51,538 bases of DNA, taken from positions 1-51,538 of the IMG/VR virus record IMGVR_UViG_3300043689_000058; one strand, given 5' to 3'. Every line of letters begins with the position of its first letter. Within the stretch, counting starts at the first letter, position 1. Under the pieces are notes generated by a model. That model saw only the letters and a program-made list of their open reading frames with translations, searched no databases and was not told the origin of the DNA. The translations under genes and the position numbers were made by a program. This stretch comes from a virus. Positions 8,248 through 16,906 of the stretch are shown piece after piece.

Positions 8248-8483
8248 ATGAAAACTGGTTGTACCTCCTGCTCCTGTGTTGGTTCCTTTTTATTGGCGCA
8301 GCTATTGGCCAAAAAGGCTTTACCATCCTCGGTTTGTTTCCAGGCGTTCCAACGTTTGTCGATTCGATGCGATCGGTTTCGGCAGGAACTGCTGCAGAAT
8401 TTCCGCTTTCTGCCGGCGGCCTTGAGCTCAAAGACAGCGCCGCACATCTGACAGATTCTCGTGGGTTTTAGATTTCTGGCCAT
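8226..8483 (-). CDS. zinc-ribbon protein, about 85 aa (track ORF extends to 8528)
   Basis: ICQMCGAVF ... FCSSSCRNRSHR gives CxxC plus CxxxC. ATG 8483 lies downstream of a TTGACT-17-TACGAT promoter, so the longer reading is unlikely. Confidence 0.6.
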   Translation of the reverse strand: MARNLKPTRICQMCGAVFELKAAGRKRKFCSSSCRNRSHRIDKRWNAWKQTEDGKAFLANSCANKKEPTQEQEVQPVFICDTSLQ

Positions 8484-8499
8484 GCTTTTTCGAGCCTTG

Positions 8500-8528
8500 A
8501 TCGTACCGGCCGCGATACGATCAGTCAA
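8500..8528 (-). promoter_or_regulatory. sigma70-like promoter for the terminal two-gene cassette
   Basis: On the - strand: TTGACT (8528-8523), 17-nt spacer, TACGAT (8505-8500), about 16 nt before ATG 8483. Confidence 0.4.
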
Positions 8529-8556
8529 CCGTTTTATCGTACCGGCAGCGGTACGA
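8500..8556. promoter_or_regulatory. pair of related palindromic operators
   Basis: IR2 TCGTACCG-gcag-CGGTACGA (8537-8556, perfect) lies just upstream of the -35. IR1 ATCGTAcCG-gccg-CGaTACGAT (8500-8521) fills the spacer and -10. Centres are 36 bp apart. Confidence 0.5.
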
Positions 8557-8748
8557 AATAGCCGTAATTAGCTCGGGGAAAAATCAGAAAAATTTTGAAG
8601 CGGGGTCGGGTCAAAATCATTAGACGGAGCGTAACTTTAGTTACTTTTTCCGGAGGCGACCGGCCGAAAAGAATGCTTTAATTTGGTTTTCAAGCGCGGT
8701 GAAGTCCTGCGGATCGTGAATAATTGCCCTCGATATTGCCGCGGGTGG

Positions 8749-8919
8749 TCACCTGTGGGGGCGACCCGCCGCGCGGTTCTTTTTCCAGGAGCGCCGGATC
8801 GGGATCGCTTCATCCAGCCTGCCCAGCTTCTTGAGCCGGCTCCAGTGAGCGTCGCACAGCCCACGGTAACGCGCCGGCCTGATACAGATCTCGACACTGC
8901 ACTTGCGCCAGCGACTCAC
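8749..8919 (-). CDS. small Zn-finger protein, 56 aa (GTG start, not in ORF track)
   Basis: VSRWRKCSVEICIRPARYRGLCDAHWSRLKKLG matches the C-x-x-x-x-C...GLC-x-x-H-x-x-R motif common at the N-termini of phage HNH-type proteins. GTGA overlap with the upstream gene. Track ORF 8637..8897 is a different frame. Confidence 0.5.
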   Translation of the reverse strand: MSRWRKCSVEICIRPARYRGLCDAHWSRLKKLGRLDEAIPIRRSWKKNRAAGRPHR

Positions 8920-9056
8920 TTGGCTGCTCGCTTGAGTGTCTCCGCCACAAATTGCCAGGCGATCTTCTCGTCGGCGGTCAGGTCAGTCCAGGCTGGGTGC
9001 TTCAAATGATTGAGGCATTCGCAATAGGCCTCGTACGCCATCTGACCCAGACTCAT
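8916..9056 (-). CDS. hypothetical protein, 46 aa (not in ORF track)
   Basis: MSLGQMAYEAYCECLNHLKHPAWTDLTADEKIAWQFVAETLKRAAK; ATG preceded by AAAAGG; coupled to the next gene by GTGA. Confidence 0.4.
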   Translation of the reverse strand: MSLGQMAYEAYCECLNHLKHPAWTDLTADEKIAWQFVAETLKRAAK

Positions 9057-9062
9057 CCTTTT

Positions 9063-9242
9063 TTAGTGCGCGTGGTTGGCTTTTCGACGGGCCTTGCCCA
9101 GCGGCACATAATCCACGTCACCGTCCTCGTGGATCTCGATCGCGAACGGCTGAAGTATCTCGTGATGTCCTTCCTCCAGTGCCGTGGCGTACGCCTGGTC
9201 TACCATCTCGCAAAGGTCAGCTTTGAGTTCTTCAATTTTCAT
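9063..9242 (-). CDS. hypothetical acidic protein, 59 aa (not in ORF track)
   Basis: Hand translation MKIEELKADLCEMVDQAYATALEEGHHEILQPFAIEIHEDGDVDYVPLGKARRKANHAH; its ATG overlaps the TGA of the giant gene (ATGA). Confidence 0.45.
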   Translation of the reverse strand: MKIEELKADLCEMVDQAYATALEEGHHEILQPFAIEIHEDGDVDYVPLGKARRKANHAH

Positions 9243-12200
9243 TGTCCTTTCTCCATCCTGTGCGCTATCACCGCTCGTGCTCCCTCCTCGTTTGCCGTCT
9301 TCTCAAACTCGTTTTTGACCTCTTTGTCCTGGTCCTCAATAGACTGAGACGTAAAGTTCTGGTCCCCTATTGCCTCCGAAAGCTGCTGCTTAAGGCTCGA
9401 GCCTTTGGCCTCGTGATAGACGTGGAGTTCCTCGGGGCTCATTTTGACCCCGTCGACCTTGCCGCTGTAGCCGGGAAGACTCAGGTGTAGACCGGTGTGG
9501 CTGATGTAATCCCAGACCGGGTCCGGATGCATGGTTGCCGCCTCGATCAATCCTCCAACCAACGGGATCTTGATCCAGGGAGGGTTGATGACGTTCTCGC
9601 CCAGCACGTTGAGCTTGGGCCTGAGAAAGATGGTGTTCACGATCGGGATGTTGCGCATCAGGGTCGAACTCATATCGTTGGCCTCGTACTGCTCGGGATG
9701 AATAACCCGGTACATCTGGCGCCCGAAGGTGCCTCCCAGCGGGATCATGCCGATAGTGCTGGCCCAGTTAGCGACCTGGTCCTGCGCCCGCCGCAGTTTC
9801 TCGTCGGAGTTCCTGCCCTCGGCGATGCTTAAGATGGCCGACAACCCCTGGAGCGGGCTCGAGTCGGTCACGCTGCCTGCCGCCGCGATCGCCGCGCTGG
9901 TCAGTCCGGCCATATAGTAAGCGCCGGGATCATCGGGATGACTGTGGAACCGCGCATAATCGGCCGCGCCGCCAATGGTTGCCAGCATCCCCTTTAAACC
10001 GCCCAGATTTTCATAAGAAAACCGCATCGACCCGATCTTAACGGTGTAAGGATAGACGCCTTCAGCCTTCATCATGTCCCGCGCCCGTGCGTCGGTCGGA
10101 CCTTCGCCCGTGATCCAGAATGGCGGGTCGGGATTATCTTTCTGGCTGAGCACATAAGAGCCGACAACCGCCATCGCCGCGGTGCCGACTGCGCCTTTGA
10201 TCATCTGCTCATAGGCCATGTCGCGCAGCTCGCGCTGCGAGATCCCTCCGGGCCTGCCTTCCTTGCCTGCCGCCACCCGCTCGGCAAAGCCGGGGATAGT
10301 GCCGTAGTAGCTCTCGATCCCCCGCGTGGTGCCGGGTTCCATGCGGAACATTTTTCCGATTGGAGTGCCGGAGAACATGTCTCTGCCCCGCCAGATCCCG
10401 ATCGGGCTCCAGCTCATATACTCGTTGGCCAGGTTCATCGGCAGCTTGTTGAACGGGATGATGAAACTGATGGCCGGGTTGGCTAGGCGGGCCTGCTGAA
10501 TGATCCGGGAAAAGATCCCGGCCCCGCCCGCCACATCTTCGCGCAACGCGGTGTGCAGCCCGAACCGCGTAGCCTGGCCGGAAATAGACTGCAGCGCCTC
10601 CGTCTCCTTGTCGGCGATTGCCGTGTCCGGGTTTTCACTCTGGTCTTTGAGCCGGTCTAAAATCTCGTTCTCCCTGACCCGCCGCTCCAGCTCGGTGAGG
10701 TTGTACTTCTTCTGGTCCTCCAACGATAACCGGTTGGCCTCGGCGATCTTGTCCTCGGTGCCGTAGACGGCCTGGTTGGCGAATCGGTCTGCGTCCTGGC
10801 CGTGGTAACCCAGCTCGTCGGCCAGGCGGGAGGCGAGCATGCTTTTCATGGCGTACTCGGTGCCGCGCAAGGAAAACTGCTCGATGGCCAGGAGCGCTCG
10901 GCCGACGTACTTGTAATTATTGAACACCCGCCACGGCCCACGCTCGAACGGGGTAGACTCCAGCGCACTGCGGAACGGGATGGTTCCTCCGGGCTCCAGG
11001 ATGCCGCGCTCGGGCGCCATGCCGGTCTGCCAGATGTAGGGGATGTCGGTGCGCAACGAACGTTCAAAGCCTTGCATCGCGGCCAGCATGCCCTGGTTAA
11101 AACTGTGCACGTCGCCGGTCCTCATCGCCATGATCGAGAGGTTCAGCATCTTGCCGATGGCGTTCTGCAGGACGTAACCGGTATGCGAAATCAGGCCGGT
11201 CAAGAGGCTGGCCATGTACATCGCCTCGCCGCGCTTGACCGCTTTACCCTGCCAGCCCAGCATCGGCGCAGTCTGGGCGATCAGATCGGCTATCTGGGCC
11301 TCGTACCGGTTCCGGATGGCGGGCGAAGCGTTGCCGTCGTCGCGGATCTGCATCAGCATGTCGCCTGCCTCCTTGATCCCCTGCAGGATCTCCGGGGTCC
11401 AGGTCCGCAGGCCGAACCGCGGCCCGATCACGTTGAGGTACTCGTCCCGGTTGAACCCGCCGATAGCCATCAGGTCCAGCATCCGGTCTATCTCGCCTTT
11501 CATCGGGACCTTGCCCGCGGCGGTCTGCATCTGGCTGACGATTGATTCGATCTTCGCCTTCGATTCTGTTTCGAGAATGTTCCGGTACAAAGCGTCGAAG
11601 CGTTCCTGTGCACGCAGCGCCTGCTCGTTGGGCAGACCCAGGTTCTCCACCAGGCTGCGGGCCAGGTCGTTCCCGATCCGTTCCTGGGTGGAGTAATGAT
11701 TGTAGATCAGGTCGCTGATCTTGTTGGATTCTCCGATCACATTGCGCACGCCGCGCTCGCCGAAGGGTTCAGCCAGCGCCCGGTCTAAGTTGGCAAAGAA
11801 AACGGCATTCGGGTTCCGGGTTTTGAGGGTGTCCACCACCTCGCCAAAGGTCCGTTTGAACATCTCGAAGTTGGAGAGCACGTCCCGGATCTTCATGGTC
11901 GGGCTGGGCGGCGGTCGCCCCTCCTTGGCTTCCGGCAACGAAACGCGGCCGGCCTTGACGTCCTCGTCTAACTGCTCCTTGATGCGTTGCTGAAAGTTGT
12001 TGAACAACTCCTGCAGCATCGGCCGGTCAGCGGCGTTGAACCCGGCCTTGGCGAAGTTCGAGTCGATCGAATCGGCCACGGCGCGGATGTAACGATCAGC
12101 CAGCGTCCTCGGGTCTTTCATCGCGGCTTGTTCGGCTCTGCGCACGGCCTGCTCGGCTTTGAAGCTGAGCCGGTTGGCCATGATCTGCGCCGCTTCCCTG

Positions 12201-15200
12201 GTCACCTGCTTGAGCTTGCCCAGCGTGGCGCCTACCTGCTTGTTGCCCGCAAAGGCCTGGCGCTGCTGGCGACTGATCTGGCTGCGGATCTTGCCGATTT
12301 GCTGGGCGCCGTCCGTGAACTGACCCTGAGCCTCGAGTTCCTGCGCGGTGCCGGTGACCCGCTCCTGCATCGCCTGATTGAAATGGTCGCGCTCGGTTTC
12401 CAATCGCCGCGCGGCTTCCTCCAAGCCGGCGTCCCGGTAAGCTTTGATCTGGTCGTCGGTGCGCCGGGTCAAGAGATTGCGCAAGGCCGGGTTGACATCG
12501 GTCGGGCTGTGCGGGTTGCGCAGATCAGCCATCGCCTCGTGCACGTTGGAGTTGTACTGATTCTTGAAGGTCGCCCTGGCTTCCTCGGCGGCGATCTCGC
12601 GCCCGCGTATGTCGTAAACCGCAGTCTCGGGTGAGGCGTACCCCATCCGTTCCAACAGGGAGCGCCAGCGCTGCATTGCCAGCTTGGGCGGCTGGGCTCG
12701 TATGCCTTTCTCCGGGCCTAGACCGGCGGCTGTCTCCCGCAGCCGGTCCTTGACGAACAAGTCGCCGATGTTGGCCGTCTGAGTCACGCCCGCGGCCGTC
12801 CGCGCCGCGGCTGCTTCGGCCGATCCGGCCACATCGGCATAACGCGGGGGCTGCGGGGCGCCCAGGCCGCGCTCGATATTCTGCTGGCGCACCTTGTCGG
12901 AAACCGCTTCGCGCATCTGCTCGTGCTCCATCCCAAGCTGACGCAGAAAATCAAGCTGGCCTTCGCTCGGGCGTGACGGCACCCCGCCTTCTTCGCCCTC
13001 GGTCCCGCGCAAGCTGGCAAGCTGGTGTTCGCCCATCGCGATCTTGGCTTCGGCGACCAGGTCGGGGTCGAATCTTCCCGGCTGCATGTATTTCGGGAAC
13101 CGGAGCGCCGACATGGAATCGGCCAACAGATGCTGCATATCGAGCGGCGGCACCTGCAACCCCAGGCGTCTGCGGATGCCGTTCGAAAGCATATCCAGCG
13201 CCCTCTGATACCATTGCGGCGCGGAGTTCTCGATGTCATCCCTGGTCGCAAAGCGTTGCGCATAAGCGCCGGCCAGTTCCTCGGTCAGCGCGTGCTGATG
13301 CCGCGGGTTGGAGGCGTAATCCTCGTACCCGTAGCGCTTCGCCATCTCCTCCAAATTTCGAAACCCTTTCTCCTGGGCCAGGACATCGTTGAGCTTGGCC
13401 CGGTCGAAGTTGCGCTGGAGCCCGTTCATCGCGTCGACATAAGCCTGAGACTCCCGACTTCCGTAGAGGTAGCTGATCCCTTTGTGGATGGCGATCTCCT
13501 CGATGGAGGTCCGGTAAGCGTTGCGGTAAGGGTCCGCGCTGTTCAGGAGCGCGTCGGTGTTGAGCACCACCTTGTCGGCGGGGATGTCGTAATACCCGTG
13601 CCGGGGATCGTTGGCGTCGTGCTTGAACTGGATCTGCGCACGGTCACCCCAGATCCGCCCTTGAGTCTCCTCGATCAAGGCCCGCTGCAAGTCGGCATGG
13701 CTGTCGAACCGGTCGCCGATCACCCACAAATCGTGCATCGATCGGTCGTAGACCGTCTGCGCGGTGTTCTCGCGCTGCCCTTTGGTTAGCGTTTTCTTGA
13801 CCCGCTCAGGGAGCGCCTCGGCGTTCGGCACATACTTGACCACCTGTTCCAGCCCCATCTTGGCCGCGGCGTCGTTGACCTCCTGTTTGACGCGTGACTG
13901 GGTCGGCCGGACATCGAACCCCTCGGGCAAGGGCGGAGGCACAGCCTCGCCGCGGATGGCAGGCGCTTCATCTCCCGGCGGTCGGGAAGGATTAGACCAG
14001 GCATCATTGACTGCGGCAACACGCCGCTGATACTCGGCAACCGAATCGGGATCACCGGAATCCACCGCTGCTCTTTCAACAGGGGTCAGGTCGCCGTAGA
14101 CCTTGCGCTGCGCTCTGTCGAACTGATCCAGGTCGCCTGCTTTCTGCTCGGACTTACCCACCTCGGCCGTGGCGCCGATCGGCTCGAGCTTGATCTGCTG
14201 ATAGACGCCGGCTGCTTTTAGCTCGCGCATCTTCTGCTGCGCTGCCGCCTTGGTGGCGTAATGGGATTGGTGGTAAGCGGACAGATCGTGCGCCGGTTTA
14301 CTGACATCCAGGCCGCTGACCCGATACTTGGCCGGTTGGCCGGGTCGGTCTACAGATGTATAAGTGCTCGGCTTTGGTGTCGGAGCGGGACGCGCAGCCT
14401 CCTCCGGTCTTTTCGCTCCAGCATATAACCCGCGAGATGCCTTCTCTGCAGCTTCAGCCGCCTCATCTCTGGTATCGAAAACCAGGGGTTTATCGGTCAG
14501 TAGCCCGATCAACGGCTGACCATCCAGTATTGCGTGAAATCCGCCAGGTACTTCCTGAACATCCCAACGCGCTTGCCGTGCCAATAGTTCTTTGGCAAAC
14601 GATGCGGCCTGTTCCTCTTCTTGCGCACGAAACTGTTTCTGCTCCCATTGAATCCGGCCGTTCTGCAGCGAGGTGTCAAGCTGCCTGTCGGCATGGGCCT
14701 GCAGCCTGTCGTGCTGCTCCTGAGTGAATTCGCCGACGCTCAGCTTATCGGACAGGTCCTGTTTGCGTAGACGAAACTCTTCCCGGATCTTGTCCTGGAC
14801 TTCCTTCAAACTGCCTGAGGTCGCCGCCAACTCTTCCTCGTGGCTGGCGTAATGCGGCGCGACCGGCGTGACCGGCTGCTCAACCGGTCTAACCTCGGGT
14901 TCCGTGTAGCGGACGGTAAGGCGTTTCTCGCCCATGAAATCGACGGCCGCGGCGCGTTCCTGGTCGGTAGCTGTGGGCCAGTGACCGACATCCAATGTCA
15001 CTTCACCACGTTTGGCGGCGTCTTCCATCCACGCCTTGATTTCGGGTGCGCTCACCCCCAGGCGATCGCCGACCTTGGAAATCATAACTGCGCTGCCGGA
15101 GGTGCTTTTGCGTTCCTCGTCGTAAGCTGCGCGAACTTCGGCGGGTGTGATCTCGCGCCTGGCCTGCTCTTCGCGCCGGACTTCCTCGGTCTGGACAGCC

Positions 15201-16906
15201 GGCGTCTTGGATTCCTGTGCGGGTTCGGTGGCGATGCGCGGTTCCTCTGCTGGGCCTGGAGTCAGAGCTTTTTGGTATGGTGCGGCAGGTGTCGGTTCGG
15301 CTGTTCGAGTCGGAGCGATTGGTGCTGCCGGCGCTTCCGGCGTTACGGCCTGTCCCGCGCGGACGCCCTCGGCCGTGGGTTGCGGCGCGAACATCTCGTC
15401 CAAGATTGCTTGCGCCTGGCCCAGCGGGTCTTGGCGTGCCGCTTCGGTGGTGATCAGTTGTTGCGGATCTTGCTGCTGAGCCCTGGCTGCGAGCTCGGCC
15501 GTCGCCTGTGCGGTGGCGGGTCCGGGTGCCGCGGCTGGTGGTGCTGCCGCGGCTGGTACCGGTGGCGGCTGCGCTTCCCCGGATTCGGCACCCGTCTGCG
15601 GAGGTGCCCCCGGCTTTTCGCGCACACCACCCTCGGTGCGGGCGCCTCGTGCGTACTTCGCGTAACCTGGGATAACCCCTACTGCCGAAGTAAGGAATCC
15701 TAGACCGGCGCCGAAGAGCACCTGCTGATAGACGCCTTGATCAAGCGGCCGGTTGGGATCGTATCCGCTCAGCGCGGCGACCGCATTCTGGTAACCCTGG
15801 AAGGTAGCGCCGCCGGCTGCGCCTAACCCGCTGGCCGCGGCGAGCTCGGTTATCGCCTGTTTGGGAGTCTTGCCTGCCAGTTTCTGGCCCATCCTGCCGG
15901 CCACGGAGTTAAGCACCAGAGCCTGCGGAACGCTGGCTAGACCGCCCAATAGCGCGGCGTTCTCGGCGTCGTTATCGCTGGCGCCTTTGGCTTTGGCGTC
16001 CTCGTACTGGGTGCCGGAAGCGTAAAGATACTGGAGTCCAAGATCGATGACCGGCCCCGCAAAGGCTGCTGCACTCATCACCGTCGCGGTGCCGATCCCC
16101 GAAGAGATCTGGCCCGCCACCGATTGATCGAACTGCTGGGTGGTTGGCAGCGCCTGACGGATTTGCTCCTGCACCTCGGGTGCAGCCTGGGCAACTCTCC
16201 GCGCCGCGCCCCCGATCTGGCGCAGGAGGTTGGTCTGCCCGCTCGGGCCTGCCTTCGGTTTGCCGCTGGCCAGAATCCCGTTCAGCTCGTCTATGGACGC
16301 CTGGTACTGCGAATTCTTGATCCCCAGCTCCGGCAGGTTCGCCGTCTCCGGGGTGCCGGAATTGATCACCGCATCCATCTGCCGCTGGATCTCGGCCTGC
16401 TGCTGGACAAGAGCATCCCGCCGCGCACGGACCTGGTCTAAAGGCATCCCGACCAGTCGCGGGTCATCGGTGGCGCCGACATCGAAGTAGTGCGCCATGT
16501 TGGAGACGACCGCGCCCGTCCCGCCATAAGAGGTGACAGGGACGTCGGCCCCGCCCCTCATCAGGTTCCGGGCCATCGGCCCGATGATCGGTGCGTTAGC
16601 TGCGTCTGCAAACCCTCCGACTAACGGGCCAAATGCTGCGCGTAGACCGACCTGTAGCGCCGGGGAAATCGGCTGAGCCGCCCGCTCGTCCTGCGACATC
16701 TGGGCCAGTTTCTGCAGGTACGCCGCCCGCGCCGCCTGATCTTCTTCGGAAGGTTTCTCGGGAGCAGGCGCCCCGACCTCGCCGCGAAAATAAGGGTCAA
16801 GCGGTTCGGGAGGACCGCTCGGTTTAGCCCCCTCCGACATCTTGGAGAGCTTGTCGAGGTAAGCCGCCCGATCGGGAGACAACTCTGCTGTTTGATCGTC
16901 CGCCAT
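9239..16906 (-). CDS. giant internal virion / ejection protein, 2,555 aa
   Basis: Uninterrupted ORF, last and largest of three consecutive large genes after the tail genes. Contains a Gly/Ala-rich hydrophobic N-region, a Pro/Ala linker (about aa 430-560), long helical segments and several hydrophobic stretches near the C-terminus (GAVGTAAMAVVGSYVL, YYMAGLTSAAIAAAGSV). No catalytic motif recognised. Confidence 0.85.
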   Translation of the reverse strand: MADDQTAELSPDRAAYLDKLSKMSEGAKPSGPPEPLDPYFRGEVGAPAPEKPSEEDQAARAAYLQKLAQMSQDERAAQPISPALQVGLRAAFGPLVGGFADAANAPIIGPMARNLMRGGADVPVTSYGGTGAVVSNMAHYFDVGATDDPRLVGMPLDQVRARRDALVQQQAEIQRQMDAVINSGTPETANLPELGIKNSQYQASIDELNGILASGKPKAGPSGQTNLLRQIGGAARRVAQAAPEVQEQIRQALPTTQQFDQSVAGQISSGIGTATVMSAAAFAGPVIDLGLQYLYASGTQYEDAKAKGASDNDAENAALLGGLASVPQALVLNSVAGRMGQKLAGKTPKQAITELAAASGLGAAGGATFQGYQNAVAALSGYDPNRPLDQGVYQQVLFGAGLGFLTSAVGVIPGYAKYARGARTEGGVREKPGAPPQTGAESGEAQPPPVPAAAAPPAAAPGPATAQATAELAARAQQQDPQQLITTEAARQDPLGQAQAILDEMFAPQPTAEGVRAGQAVTPEAPAAPIAPTRTAEPTPAAPYQKALTPGPAEEPRIATEPAQESKTPAVQTEEVRREEQARREITPAEVRAAYDEERKSTSGSAVMISKVGDRLGVSAPEIKAWMEDAAKRGEVTLDVGHWPTATDQERAAAVDFMGEKRLTVRYTEPEVRPVEQPVTPVAPHYASHEEELAATSGSLKEVQDKIREEFRLRKQDLSDKLSVGEFTQEQHDRLQAHADRQLDTSLQNGRIQWEQKQFRAQEEEQAASFAKELLARQARWDVQEVPGGFHAILDGQPLIGLLTDKPLVFDTRDEAAEAAEKASRGLYAGAKRPEEAARPAPTPKPSTYTSVDRPGQPAKYRVSGLDVSKPAHDLSAYHQSHYATKAAAQQKMRELKAAGVYQQIKLEPIGATAEVGKSEQKAGDLDQFDRAQRKVYGDLTPVERAAVDSGDPDSVAEYQRRVAAVNDAWSNPSRPPGDEAPAIRGEAVPPPLPEGFDVRPTQSRVKQEVNDAAAKMGLEQVVKYVPNAEALPERVKKTLTKGQRENTAQTVYDRSMHDLWVIGDRFDSHADLQRALIEETQGRIWGDRAQIQFKHDANDPRHGYYDIPADKVVLNTDALLNSADPYRNAYRTSIEEIAIHKGISYLYGSRESQAYVDAMNGLQRNFDRAKLNDVLAQEKGFRNLEEMAKRYGYEDYASNPRHQHALTEELAGAYAQRFATRDDIENSAPQWYQRALDMLSNGIRRRLGLQVPPLDMQHLLADSMSALRFPKYMQPGRFDPDLVAEAKIAMGEHQLASLRGTEGEEGGVPSRPSEGQLDFLRQLGMEHEQMREAVSDKVRQQNIERGLGAPQPPRYADVAGSAEAAAARTAAGVTQTANIGDLFVKDRLRETAAGLGPEKGIRAQPPKLAMQRWRSLLERMGYASPETAVYDIRGREIAAEEARATFKNQYNSNVHEAMADLRNPHSPTDVNPALRNLLTRRTDDQIKAYRDAGLEEAARRLETERDHFNQAMQERVTGTAQELEAQGQFTDGAQQIGKIRSQISRQQRQAFAGNKQVGATLGKLKQVTREAAQIMANRLSFKAEQAVRRAEQAAMKDPRTLADRYIRAVADSIDSNFAKAGFNAADRPMLQELFNNFQQRIKEQLDEDVKAGRVSLPEAKEGRPPPSPTMKIRDVLSNFEMFKRTFGEVVDTLKTRNPNAVFFANLDRALAEPFGERGVRNVIGESNKISDLIYNHYSTQERIGNDLARSLVENLGLPNEQALRAQERFDALYRNILETESKAKIESIVSQMQTAAGKVPMKGEIDRMLDLMAIGGFNRDEYLNVIGPRFGLRTWTPEILQGIKEAGDMLMQIRDDGNASPAIRNRYEAQIADLIAQTAPMLGWQGKAVKRGEAMYMASLLTGLISHTGYVLQNAIGKMLNLSIMAMRTGDVHSFNQGMLAAMQGFERSLRTDIPYIWQTGMAPERGILEPGGTIPFRSALESTPFERGPWRVFNNYKYVGRALLAIEQFSLRGTEYAMKSMLASRLADELGYHGQDADRFANQAVYGTEDKIAEANRLSLEDQKKYNLTELERRVRENEILDRLKDQSENPDTAIADKETEALQSISGQATRFGLHTALREDVAGGAGIFSRIIQQARLANPAISFIIPFNKLPMNLANEYMSWSPIGIWRGRDMFSGTPIGKMFRMEPGTTRGIESYYGTIPGFAERVAAGKEGRPGGISQRELRDMAYEQMIKGAVGTAAMAVVGSYVLSQKDNPDPPFWITGEGPTDARARDMMKAEGVYPYTVKIGSMRFSYENLGGLKGMLATIGGAADYARFHSHPDDPGAYYMAGLTSAAIAAAGSVTDSSPLQGLSAILSIAEGRNSDEKLRRAQDQVANWASTIGMIPLGGTFGRQMYRVIHPEQYEANDMSSTLMRNIPIVNTIFLRPKLNVLGENVINPPWIKIPLVGGLIEAATMHPDPVWDYISHTGLHLSLPGYSGKVDGVKMSPEELHVYHEAKGSSLKQQLSEAIGDQNFTSQSIEDQDKEVKNEFEKTANEEGARAVIAHRMEKGQ

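Noticed and set aside
15227-15619. GC-rich repetitive DNA (also the collagen tract at 28556-28687) as a possible CRISPR or other non-coding array
   Set aside because: Both are in frame within long ORFs and encode Pro/Ala or Gly-x-y low-complexity peptides. There is no repeat-spacer architecture.
10802-15703. Several 200-290-aa + strand ORFs (10802-11545, 13025-13789, 14840-15703 and others) antisense to the giant gene
   Set aside because: They have biased Arg/Gly/Leu/His composition, no motifs and no start-site signals, and they lie entirely inside a continuous 7.7-kb ORF. This is the expected stop-codon-poor antisense frame of GC-rich coding DNA.
9239-16906. Idea that the 2,555-aa protein is a virion RNA polymerase like N4 vRNAP or the crAss-like giant RNAP
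   Set aside because: I could not find a T7-like motif A/C (D...D, HDS/A) or a DxDxD/DFDID double-psi beta-barrel catalytic motif in the translation. The early promoter at 46402 is sigma70-like, so a phage RNAP is not required. A profile search is still worth doing.
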